IMG/VR virus record: IMGVR_UViG_3300028844_006632 | Reading direction: 5' to 3' (one strand) | Origin: an uncultured virus (IMG/VR IMGVR_UViG_3300028844_006632) | Taxonomy: Duplodnaviria; Heunggongvirae; Uroviricota; Caudoviricetes | DNA length: 64,000 nucleotides | Shown: positions 19,299 through 28,357 of the stretch, piece after piece | How the letters are laid out: each line of letters begins with the position of its first letter | Position numbering within the stretch: the stretch's first letter is position 1 | Notes under the pieces: model-generated | What the model saw: only the letters and a program-made list of their open reading frames with translations | What the model was told of the DNA's origin: nothing | Databases searched by the model: none | Program-made: the position numbers and the translations under genes

Positions 19299-19388
19299 TC
19301 ATTTAATTAATTTAAAATACTCACCATATTTGTTGTTGTGTAATGGTAACAATGCAAACAACAAACTTATTATAATAACTATGTTTTT
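19299..19388 (-). pseudogene. Possible 3'-end remnant of a deleted gene
   Basis: Start-less frame KNIVIIISLLFALLPLHNNKYGEYFKLIK* in the largest intergenic gap of the cluster; recalled resemblance to the LxPLH C-terminus of sugar nucleotidyltransferase/phosphotransferase-like proteins. Confidence 0.3.
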
Positions 19389-19462
19389 TTATAGTTTTTT
19401 GCATATATTTTTTTATATAAAATAATAAATACACTCAAACAATTGTCTTGTTTGATTCAAAC

Positions 19463-20488
19463 TTATACACCTGCCTCTTGCGAGTAATTTAAACTAACAT
19501 CTTGTTTGCCTTCTTTGATTTCGTTGTATATCCAAGCATAAGTTTTTTCTAAACCTTCCTGCAAAGATGTACTAGGCTCCCATCCTGTAATTTCTTTGAT
19601 TAATGTATTATCTGAGTTTCTTCCACGCACACCTTGGGGTTTTGTTAAATCGTATTTTCTTTCAACTTTAATTTCAGCAATTTTTTCAATCATATCAATA
19701 AGTTGATTGATGCTAACCATTTCACTGCTTCCAAGATTAAGTGGTTTGCTATAATTGCTCTCCCACATTTTATCCATACCTGTGATACAATCATCAATGT
19801 ACATGAATGAACGAGTTTGTTCTCCATCACCCCATACTTCAATTTCGTGATTTCCACTTAATTTTGCTTCAATGATTTTACGACATAGTGCAGCTGGTGC
19901 TTTTTCACGACCACCTTGCCAAGTTCCGTATGGACCATAAACATTATGATAACGAGCAATACGAACATTCATATCATAATCTGCTTCAAAGAAGTTTGTA
20001 AGAATTTCGTTGAAGAGTTTTTCCCATCCATATCCACTCTCTGGATCAGCAGGATAAGCATCTGCTTCTGCTAATGCTTGATCAGCCGCACTTTTAATTT
20101 CGGTTTGCTTGTAAGTAGGATATGCACAAGCACTACTACTATAAAGAAAGTCTTTGATACCATGCTCTTTGGCTGCTACAAGCATATGTACGTTAATAAG
20201 AACACTGAGCATACATAGTGCGTGGTTGTTTTCAATGAAACCCATTCCACCCATATTACACGCAAGATTGTAAACCATATCCATTCCTTCGGCTGCTTTC
20301 ATGCAGTTTTCACGCAACTCAAGGTCAAGAACAAGTTGCTCTGTTCCTTCAATCGGTTGATACCATTGATTCAATGGTTTTTTATCAACCACACGTACAT
20401 TATGACCTTGCTCTTTAAGGTCTTTTGCTAAATGTCCAGCAATGAATCCACCACCACCGCATACTAAAATGTTTCTTTTGTTTTCCAT
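19463..20488 (-). CDS. GDP-mannose 3,5-epimerase (NAD-dependent epimerase)
   Basis: GGGGFIAGH, NLACNMGGMGFI, SSSACAYP, YGWEK, GGREKAPAALCRK, GVRGRNSDN: GME signature. Confidence 0.92.
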   Translation of the reverse strand: MENKRNILVCGGGGFIAGHLAKDLKEQGHNVRVVDKKPLNQWYQPIEGTEQLVLDLELRENCMKAAEGMDMVYNLACNMGGMGFIENNHALCMLSVLINVHMLVAAKEHGIKDFLYSSSACAYPTYKQTEIKSAADQALAEADAYPADPESGYGWEKLFNEILTNFFEADYDMNVRIARYHNVYGPYGTWQGGREKAPAALCRKIIEAKLSGNHEIEVWGDGEQTRSFMYIDDCITGMDKMWESNYSKPLNLGSSEMVSINQLIDMIEKIAEIKVERKYDLTKPQGVRGRNSDNTLIKEITGWEPSTSLQEGLEKTYAWIYNEIKEGKQDVSLNYSQEAGV

Positions 20489-20524
20489 TATTATATATAT
20501 CTGTTTTTGATGTTTTTTACTTAA

Positions 20525-21304
20525 TTATTCTGTATCGTTGCACTCTTTATTGAAATCCGTTTCAAGTAATTCATCACGTGATAATACCTTTAATTCTTTC
20601 AATCTTTGTATTGAATATTCATCTTCTTTAATATCATCAGGTATCAATTCTGTGTGAATATAATTATCTGAACTTAAATTTCTTTCAAATTTTGCGTTGT
20701 TGCAATAAAAGTATAACAAACCGATTTCAGTCTGAGGGTATGCTTTTTGCAGAGTATCAATGAAATATTTTAAATCCTCATCTTGATTTGTTCCGTGTGC
20801 TCGTTTTAATTGTCTTTTTTCATCTGCACGAAAAAATAGTATTTTATTTTTACTTCTTAACTGAGATGCAAGTCTTTGCTGACGATTCTCAAACACCCTT
20901 ACGAAGTCAGTCCAAATAGGATCTATTGTAAGTTCGTCACCAAGTTTCCAATTGTGTAATTCATCTTTAGTAAGAGTTTCTTTGAACCAAACATCTGCAA
21001 AGTGAGGATAATATACTTTTGGAGTTTTTTTATGATTAACAATTTTATTGCGAATCTCTGTGCTTCTTGGTGCATATTCGTTTACTATTTCCCAATCATT
21101 CTTATCTGAAAAATAATTTTCAAATCCGTCTGCCATTAAGTCTGCACACTCTCTTAGACCTTCAACCGTATCCATGTTATCAAATGGACTTGAATAATAA
21201 CGAACATTAGCACTTCTTGAAATGCCCAATGTATTGCACTTAATTCCTAAATTTACAACTAAATTCCACTCAGTTTCGTATACTTTAGATTTATCATTTC
21301 CCAT
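20525..21304 (-). CDS. DUF1796 family protein
   Basis: NLGIKC...VRYYSSPFD, YYPH, RQQRL...ILFFR; ATG at 21304 preferred over the TTG upstream. Confidence 0.75.
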   Translation of the reverse strand: MGNDKSKVYETEWNLVVNLGIKCNTLGISRSANVRYYSSPFDNMDTVEGLRECADLMADGFENYFSDKNDWEIVNEYAPRSTEIRNKIVNHKKTPKVYYPHFADVWFKETLTKDELHNWKLGDELTIDPIWTDFVRVFENRQQRLASQLRSKNKILFFRADEKRQLKRAHGTNQDEDLKYFIDTLQKAYPQTEIGLLYFYCNNAKFERNLSSDNYIHTELIPDDIKEDEYSIQRLKELKVLSRDELLETDFNKECNDTE

Positions 21305-21308
21305 GTTA

Positions 21309-21316
21309 TATAAATA
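21309..21316 (-). promoter_or_regulatory. TATTTATA upstream motif
   Basis: Exact motif 4 nt upstream of ATG 21304. Confidence 0.55.
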
Positions 21317-21338
21317 TAACAAATCTAGTTTTTATAAT

Positions 21339-23045
21339 TTAATAAAAGTTTATTTCTGCAATAAAGTCTTTACTCAATTCCATTTCAAATGATTTACAAT
21401 CATGTTTTCCAAAATATACTTTTATATCATCATTTACTTTTAGCAATGAACAACAAAAGTGAAACTTATCGGGTATGTTTATTCGTCTCATGTTTGTTGA
21501 CTTTATTATTCTGTTATTTTCAATTTTAAACTTAGCAATATAGAATTTATAGTAAGGATAATTAATTTTGAGTTTAGTATGCAAAATAATTAAATACTCG
21601 GTTTCATTGATTTGCAATGGATTGCATGAAATGCTTAATCCAAATAATTCGTATTTTTTGTTTATTTTTTTGGGAAATTTTTTAAATTTGATTTCATCGT
21701 GTGTATTTGCAAAATCATACACCAATGGTTCATAACTATAAATTGCTCCAAATTTATTATCGTGTTTAAACATTCCCCAATTTTTTTCTATTATATTTTG
21801 ATAGTCTTCGTGAATATAATTCAAAAAGTTTATACTCTTACTATCAAAATTAACTTCACAAACTGCTACTTTTACATCAATATCATCGTCTATAACATCA
21901 TCTGTAATCTTTGAACCTAAAAGATATTTTCTACACAATACAACCGATGCAAGATAACAAGTTTCATTATATTCATTTTGATACTCTGTATCGTGAATAA
22001 ATCTAATATCCTCAAATGTGTATTTTTCTTTATTAGAATGCTTTCTAACTATTTCCGAATATTCATACCTACCCGTATTTAGTATAAATTCAAAAGTTTC
22101 TCCTATGATATTTCTATTAGAATCAAATTTACTACCTATATACGAAGCAGAACTATCTTTCCAATTATGTCCCTCTTCACCAATTAAACTTTCACTTCTT
22201 GCAATTCCATACAAATCTCCATTCTTTAAAAATATAAACGATGGATTGAAAGCACTTGTTTTTTTGAAGTTTATATTAGTTTTAGCAAATGAGTTTCGGT
22301 TTCTATAATAAAATAATTTATTATCAAACAAAATATCAATATCAAAGTCATTGGTAGTTTTACAAATTATATCAAAACACATATAATACTTTGCATCTAT
22401 TTCTTTTGTATGAACCTCATATAGATTATTATCAAGTTCATAATAAGAATCTATTCTAAGCATCTCATTTAAATAAATTAAATATAGATAGTTAGCATTT
22501 ACTCCAAGCATTGACATATTTCCTGTATTTTTATTGAACAATGATACTACCTCAGTTGAGATATTTGTAATATAGTAAAAAATTCTATCCACATATAAAT
22601 CAAACGAATAATAATCATTAATGTAACCAAACATTGTTTTACCACTTCTAGTTATATCTATGACATCATCCGATTCTCTATAATTTTTTAACTTTAAAGG
22701 TAATTTTTTATTAAGATTAATTTTTTGAACTATATCATCTAATTTTAACACGCAATAGTATTTTGTGTTGATATATTTTGATATTTTAAGTGATATTACC
22801 CTAAAAAATTCTTCATTAAAATTTGACGTCTTTTCTATCATAGAAAATGAAATAAAACTAAGTTTTAAATCAAAAATTTCTGAAAAAATACTATTCAGTG
22901 TACTTTTACTCAATCTAGTTGAATCATATACAAATAAAACATTCTCAATATGTTTTGATTCTTCACATATACTGAGTAAATTTAAAAAAGAAGTTAATCT
23001 TGTTAAATCATTTACATAAATTACAAATGTATAATCATGAAGCAT
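21339..23045 (-). CDS. Hypothetical protein with C-terminal GH130/GH43-like beta-propeller
   Basis: AFNPSF, FEDIRF, EKNWGMF, VYFGKHD resemble five-bladed propeller glycosidase/phosphorylase motifs. Confidence 0.6.
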   Translation of the reverse strand: MLHDYTFVIYVNDLTRLTSFLNLLSICEESKHIENVLFVYDSTRLSKSTLNSIFSEIFDLKLSFISFSMIEKTSNFNEEFFRVISLKISKYINTKYYCVLKLDDIVQKINLNKKLPLKLKNYRESDDVIDITRSGKTMFGYINDYYSFDLYVDRIFYYITNISTEVVSLFNKNTGNMSMLGVNANYLYLIYLNEMLRIDSYYELDNNLYEVHTKEIDAKYYMCFDIICKTTNDFDIDILFDNKLFYYRNRNSFAKTNINFKKTSAFNPSFIFLKNGDLYGIARSESLIGEEGHNWKDSSASYIGSKFDSNRNIIGETFEFILNTGRYEYSEIVRKHSNKEKYTFEDIRFIHDTEYQNEYNETCYLASVVLCRKYLLGSKITDDVIDDDIDVKVAVCEVNFDSKSINFLNYIHEDYQNIIEKNWGMFKHDNKFGAIYSYEPLVYDFANTHDEIKFKKFPKKINKKYELFGLSISCNPLQINETEYLIILHTKLKINYPYYKFYIAKFKIENNRIIKSTNMRRINIPDKFHFCCSLLKVNDDIKVYFGKHDCKSFEMELSKDFIAEINFY

Positions 23046-23047
23046 AC

Positions 23048-23689
23048 TTATGCTCCAAATTCGTACCCAAAATACTCAATGTCTTTTGCGTATTTTTCTG
23101 CGACAATTTCACGAGTATAATCACTATCATAATATTTAGTATAATGCCCAAACTCACTTTTATTTTCATTTGGTAATTCTTTTATGTTTATACGAAGTCT
23201 GTTGCATACTTCTTTAAAGTCGGATTTCATGTTTTCTATTTTTCCTATGAAACTTACTTCATCTACAACATCATCCGATAACCACCAATCATCTCTACAC
23301 CCTGCTTCTAAATATTGAATATTTTTATCTTCTGTTTCTTTACTTTTTTTCACCATATCACTAAAAGAATATTTGTTTATTTCATCTATATTCGGCCAGT
23401 GTGCAGGTAATTTAATGTTTGCCTTTGCCATTTCATTTGCTACCCGTTTTCTTAAAAAATAAAGTGAAACACATCTATCAAATGGATTTCTTACAAAACA
23501 AAACTTAAAATATGATTTATAATAAACAGGAAATTTTTCTTTAAATTGTGAAAATGTTTTATGCTCACCTGACTTATCATACATTCTAATTAATTTTGTT
23601 TTATCTTTGTTAAGAAAAAAACTATTTATGCTTGTACCTGCACATCGTGGAATGTGAGAGAAAATAAATTTGTATCGTTCACTTATCAT
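23048..23689 (-). CDS. Sulfotransferase family 2
   Basis: FSHIPRCAGTS, FVRNPFDRCVS, GKIENM. Confidence 0.9.
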   Translation of the reverse strand: MISERYKFIFSHIPRCAGTSINSFFLNKDKTKLIRMYDKSGEHKTFSQFKEKFPVYYKSYFKFCFVRNPFDRCVSLYFLRKRVANEMAKANIKLPAHWPNIDEINKYSFSDMVKKSKETEDKNIQYLEAGCRDDWWLSDDVVDEVSFIGKIENMKSDFKEVCNRLRINIKELPNENKSEFGHYTKYYDSDYTREIVAEKYAKDIEYFGYEFGA

Positions 23690-24536
23690 ATAGTTGTTTC
23701 CTATGAATTATTATTGTTTCTGGAAATTCTTTAAGTACACACTCGACTGATATTAACTCATTACCAACCGAACTTACATTTGTAAAATACTTCGTATTGA
23801 CTAATTTATGTCCCAAGAAATTTGCTTCTGCAAATAAATAAATTGCAACATCGTAGTTCATAAATTCTTTATGCGTTTTGTTTTCATGTTTTGAATTAGT
23901 TTTTGTATCTTTCTGAAGTTCATTCATAATATAATGTTTAGAATTATATAATAAATCTGATGTTTCTTTATTATTCTTATATACACCAACACCATTTAAA
24001 TGATGACCATAATATTGACTAAATACCCATTCTCTGTTTACTCCTTTGTACTTACTTCCAAATATACAAAAGTCGGTTTTGTCAATCTCTGACACTAAAA
24101 TATCAAACCAGTTTTTATTTAATGGTTTTGTATCTGTTTCAAGCAATAGAAAATTTTCGTAATCCGTTTCAAACATCTTACACATTGATGTATAAAAATG
24201 ATAATTTATTCCGTGTGTTCTTCCCAGTGGAAATTTATTTAAATCAAAGAATCCTTGTTTATTTGAAATGTAAATATTTTGTTTGTCTTCAATTTGATTA
24301 TTTATTAATATTACCTTATTTACATTTGAGCATTCTTCATATTTTTTCAATGATCTTTTAAATCTACGAATTCTGCGTGTTTTAAAACTATCAAAAAAAA
24401 TAAAAATATCAAATTTATATTTAGTTTCTAAGTTGTTTAAATAATAGTCGATAGTCAAATTCAATTGACCACTTTTAAATTCACGAATTGTTGTTAGAAA
24501 TAAAACACTTAATTTTTGAGTATATTCCTCGTTCAT
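23679..24536 (-). CDS. Putative GT-A-fold glycosyltransferase, unassigned family (paralogue A)
   Basis: GRTHGIN, LLETDTKP, GSKYKG, HLNGVGVY, NYDVAIY shared with 24571-25446. Confidence 0.55.
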   Translation of the reverse strand: MNEEYTQKLSVLFLTTIREFKSGQLNLTIDYYLNNLETKYKFDIFIFFDSFKTRRIRRFKRSLKKYEECSNVNKVILINNQIEDKQNIYISNKQGFFDLNKFPLGRTHGINYHFYTSMCKMFETDYENFLLLETDTKPLNKNWFDILVSEIDKTDFCIFGSKYKGVNREWVFSQYYGHHLNGVGVYKNNKETSDLLYNSKHYIMNELQKDTKTNSKHENKTHKEFMNYDVAIYLFAEANFLGHKLVNTKYFTNVSSVGNELISVECVLKEFPETIIIHRKQLYDK

Positions 24537-24570
24537 GTCAATCTAACTGATTTAATATTACACTATAATA

Positions 24571-25446
24571 TTAAAACTCCCCAGAATCGTACATTTTCTT
24601 TTTATGTAAAATCGCAGTTTCCGGAAATTCATTTAATATAACATCCAAACTTAAATCTCCATCATCTTTTGTACTACAATTGGTAAATATAGTTGTATCT
24701 TTATACAAACTAGCATATTCTTTTTTAAAATATGGACCCTTGTTCGCAAGTAAATACATGGCAACATCATAGTTCATAAATGCCCAATACATTTTAAATC
24801 TACTGTTATAGTCATTGCGTAGCAATTCTATAAGATACTCCTGAGATTGCTTTATGAAAGTTTTTGCTTTTTCTGATTTTTTATATAATCCAACACCGTT
24901 CAAATGACCACCATAATATTTTTTTGATACCTTTTCACGTTCTTTTCCTTTGTATATACTTCCAGCAACAAGATACTCAGTATTGTCAGCATAACTTAAG
25001 CATAAATCAAACCAACCACCCGTCATGGGTTTTGTATCACTTTCAAGAAGCATATAGTTTTCATAACCATCAAGGTCCTGAAGATAATATAAAGTATCAT
25101 AAAAGTGACGATTAATGCCGTGAGATCTTCCCATAGGCCGTTTTCTTAAATCAAATGGAAGTGAATGAGTCTTTTTAATCCACGGTTGTGTATAGATATT
25201 ATACTCATCGGGTATATTATTACAATGAAATATAATGTCGTTAATATTTTCGTGCTTTTTTACACTAGTCAATTCATCATAAACCTTTTTTTCTACTTTT
25301 TGATCAAAGCATAAAAATAAATCAAATGAATATTTGCTCTGAATATTATATAAATAATAATTAATGGCACGAAGTAATTCACCCTTTTCTGCTTCCTTTT
25401 TAGTTGTAAGAAAAAATACTGCTAATTTCTGTGTATAGTCTTTCAT
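24571..25446 (-). CDS. Putative GT-A-fold glycosyltransferase, unassigned family (paralogue B)
   Basis: GRSHGIN, LLESDTKP, GSIYKG, HLNGVGLY, NYDVAMY. Confidence 0.55.
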   Translation of the reverse strand: MKDYTQKLAVFFLTTKKEAEKGELLRAINYYLYNIQSKYSFDLFLCFDQKVEKKVYDELTSVKKHENINDIIFHCNNIPDEYNIYTQPWIKKTHSLPFDLRKRPMGRSHGINRHFYDTLYYLQDLDGYENYMLLESDTKPMTGGWFDLCLSYADNTEYLVAGSIYKGKEREKVSKKYYGGHLNGVGLYKKSEKAKTFIKQSQEYLIELLRNDYNSRFKMYWAFMNYDVAMYLLANKGPYFKKEYASLYKDTTIFTNCSTKDDGDLSLDVILNEFPETAILHKKKMYDSGEF

Positions 25447-25450
25447 ATTT

Positions 25451-26410
25451 TTATTTTTTTATATTTTCTATATTATTTAAAAACCAATTATATGTTTTTT
25501 GTAGTCCCTCAGGAAGCATAGTTTCTGCTTTTAATCCAAGTGAATTTGCAAATGAAACATCCATGAGTTTTTTCATTGTTCCATCTGGTTTATCATAGTC
25601 GTTTTCAATTTCACCTTCAAATCCTACAACATCACGGATTAAATTTGCAAGTTCACCAATTTCAATATCCACTCCTGCTCCAAAATTTAAACAAGATTTA
25701 TTTTTTTCGTAAATATCTTTTGCATTTATATTACGAATACAATTCTCTATTGCATTTGCAAGATCATCCACAAATAAAAACTCTCGTCTTGGTTTTCCTG
25801 TTCCCCACATTATCACTTCGTCTTTATTCTCAAGTTTTGCTTCGTGAAACTTACGAATAAGTGCAGGTAAAACATGACTTGAATTTAAATTAAAGTTGTC
25901 AAAATAACCATATAAATTACAAGGCATTAGTGAATAAAAATTACTTCCATATTGTTTATAGAAACTTTCACACATTTTCAATCCTGCAATTTTTGCGATT
26001 GCGTAGGGTTCATTTGTATATTCAAGTTCTGAAGTAAGAAGATGTTCCTCCATAATAGGTTGAGGTGCTTTTTTAGGATAAATGCAAGATGAACCCAAGA
26101 AAATCAACTTCTTTACACCATGTACTTTTGCACTTTGAATTAGATTAGTTTGAATTTGAAGATTATCGTAAATAAAGTCTCCACGAAAATCATTATTTGC
26201 AAGAATTCCACCTACCTTTGCGGCCGCAATAACAACTACATCAAATTTTTCTCTTTTAAAAAAATTATCGACTTTACGTTGATTTCTTAAATCAAGATTT
26301 TTACTTTTTGTTGTAGACACATTTTTATATCCAAGTTTTCTTAGAGTTCTAATAACCGCAGAACCCACCATACCCGAACCACCTGCTACATAAATCTTTG
26401 AGTTTTTCAT
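25451..26410 (-). CDS. fcl: GDP-L-fucose synthase
   Basis: GGSGMVGSA, AAAKVGGILAN, FLGSSCIYPK, NEPYAIAKIAG, SHVLPAL; start at MKNSK (26410). Confidence 0.96.
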   Translation of the reverse strand: MKNSKIYVAGGSGMVGSAVIRTLRKLGYKNVSTTKSKNLDLRNQRKVDNFFKREKFDVVVIAAAKVGGILANNDFRGDFIYDNLQIQTNLIQSAKVHGVKKLIFLGSSCIYPKKAPQPIMEEHLLTSELEYTNEPYAIAKIAGLKMCESFYKQYGSNFYSLMPCNLYGYFDNFNLNSSHVLPALIRKFHEAKLENKDEVIMWGTGKPRREFLFVDDLANAIENCIRNINAKDIYEKNKSCLNFGAGVDIEIGELANLIRDVVGFEGEIENDYDKPDGTMKKLMDVSFANSLGLKAETMLPEGLQKTYNWFLNNIENIKK

Positions 26411-26414
26411 TTTT

Positions 26415-27569
26415 TTACTTAAGTAAATCGTAATCGTTGTTATACATTTTCTTTGCAAGTGATTTAAAATCATAGATTCGTGTCCAACCAAGTTCTTTTT
26501 CAGCAAGACTGCAATCACCACGTAATTTATGAACTTCCGCAGGACGATAAAATTGAGGATCTATTTCAACTAAAAGTTTATCATCTTCGGTTAGCACTTT
26601 TTCATATTCCTCCTCACCAACAATCTTGTATTTAATATTTGCATTTTTAAGTGTTTCTTCTAAGAATTCACGAACAGTATGCATTTTTCCACTTGCAAGA
26701 ACATAATTCTTAGGAGCATCTTGATTCATCATTAACCACACACCCGACATAAAGTCTTCTGCATCTGTCCAATCTCGTTGTGCATCCATATTACCAAGAC
26801 GAAGTACAGGAATCTCTTCATTTTTTTCTATTGCGTGTTTTATCATTGCAACTCCGTGTGAAATTTTACGTGTTACAAATTCTTTACCACGTCGTGAACC
26901 TTCATGATTAAACAACCAACCTTGAACTGCATATAAATCATACGATTCACGATATACACGCACAATATGTCTTGCCGCTGCTTTAGCTGCTCCATATGGA
27001 CTTTGCGGACGAAGTGGATGTTCTTCACTTTGTGGGTCTGTAATTACATCCCCAAACTCTTCACTTGATCCTGCATTATAGAATCTACAATTTGGTGTAA
27101 ACTTACGAATTGCTTCAAGCATATACAATACAGAATTTGCATCGGTTTCCCAAGTTTGAATCGGATAGTCCCAAGAACCATCAACGAAACTTTGTGCAGC
27201 GAAGTTAATAAAGTAATCAGGTTTTAAATCAACTATAACATCACGAATACTAAAACTATCTGTTAAATCCATATTAACAAGTTGAAATCTTGGTTCTTTT
27301 TTAAGATGTTCAATATTTTCGTGGTTTGTAACACTTAGTCTACGAATTGTTCCGTATACCATGCAATTGGTATTTTTTAGTAAATACTCAACCATGTGAC
27401 TTCCGTCTTGACCCGTTACACCTGTAACAACAACTTTCTTGATTGATGAAGAATGTAACATTGATGTATCTTTAATGTCGCAACTTGATGTTGATTCACG
27501 TTCAACCAACTGAGAATTTAATCTAAGTGGTGTAGGTGTTGGTGTGTTTTGTATATTATCGTTTTCCAT
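26415..27569 (-). CDS. gmd: GDP-mannose 4,6-dehydratase
   Basis: TGVTGQDGS, AAQSFV, SSEEFG, PQSPYGAAK, FNHE, FVTRKI, RPAEV; AGGAGA SD. Confidence 0.96.
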   Translation of the reverse strand: MENDNIQNTPTPTPLRLNSQLVERESTSSCDIKDTSMLHSSSIKKVVVTGVTGQDGSHMVEYLLKNTNCMVYGTIRRLSVTNHENIEHLKKEPRFQLVNMDLTDSFSIRDVIVDLKPDYFINFAAQSFVDGSWDYPIQTWETDANSVLYMLEAIRKFTPNCRFYNAGSSEEFGDVITDPQSEEHPLRPQSPYGAAKAAARHIVRVYRESYDLYAVQGWLFNHEGSRRGKEFVTRKISHGVAMIKHAIEKNEEIPVLRLGNMDAQRDWTDAEDFMSGVWLMMNQDAPKNYVLASGKMHTVREFLEETLKNANIKYKIVGEEEYEKVLTEDDKLLVEIDPQFYRPAEVHKLRGDCSLAEKELGWTRIYDFKSLAKKMYNNDYDLLK

Positions 27570-27596
27570 ATTCTCCTATTGTTGTGTAATACTTTT

Positions 27597-27604
27597 TATA
27601 AATA
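27597..27604 (-). promoter_or_regulatory. TATTTATA upstream motif
   Basis: Exact motif in gap upstream of gmd. Confidence 0.55.
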
Positions 27605-27661
27605 TTTGGTTACAAGTTTTTTTAAATTATTCTTACTACTTTTTATATTAATTTTTGCATC

Positions 27662-28357
27662 TTATAAAAATGTATATCCAAGTGCCTCCTCAACTGAGTG
27701 TTTATAATCTACATGAGATGTAATCTGAGTTTCTGAATATGTAGTATATTTTATTTTTTTATATATTTTTTTTGTGTTTTTGTATGTTTTATTATTTAAT
27801 ACAAATTGCTGAGTTGTTGGTATTTTAAACTTATTTTTAATATTTAAAATTTCACTGTTTAAATTAAAAACTATATCTTCATATTTTAGAAAATAGTAAT
27901 TTTTAACTCTATTTTGCATTTCCGACATTAAATATTCTAGTTTAGTATATCTACATTCTAATACATTTTTATATTTTCTCTTGGTTATAAAATTAAAATC
28001 TGCTTCCATTTCCCAACCTTCTAAAGTTTTTTCACGTGTTTTCGGGTTTAAACACAAATATGGTTTACCTATTACACGTGAATAAAATATATTATTTAAA
28101 AAAGATTCAGGATTTTTAGCAGTTTCATAAGAAACGTGCCAAGGATTGTTGTAAAATGAATTTAACCAATTTACGGGATTTCTTACTATTCCTATAAATA
28201 AACAATCATCTGAATTTTTATACTCGTTATAGAATATTTCAAAGTGCTTGAATCCATATTCGTCTGTATATTTTAATCCGAAGTTTTTCTCGACTAATCG
28301 CATTAAATAGTTTGTTCCACTACATCTCTCACCGAGTATGGCAAATTTTTTGATCAT
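27662..28357 (-). CDS. Sulfotransferase-like protein
   Basis: GERCSGTNYL (5'-PSB loop), VRNPVNWLNS (3'-PB), KYED. Confidence 0.78.
   Translation of the reverse strand: MIKKFAILGERCSGTNYLMRLVEKNFGLKYTDEYGFKHFEIFYNEYKNSDDCLFIGIVRNPVNWLNSFYNNPWHVSYETAKNPESFLNNIFYSRVIGKPYLCLNPKTREKTLEGWEMEADFNFITKRKYKNVLECRYTKLEYLMSEMQNRVKNYYFLKYEDIVFNLNSEILNIKNKFKIPTTQQFVLNNKTYKNTKKIYKKIKYTTYSETQITSHVDYKHSVEEALGYTFL

Noticed and set aside
26411..26521. ORF-track N-terminal extensions of fcl (also 2355-2378, 5380-5475, 14075-14101, 14608-14643, 21305-21322)
   Set aside because: They mostly overlap the upstream gene; downstream starts give stop/start coupling or motif spacing and family-typical N-termini
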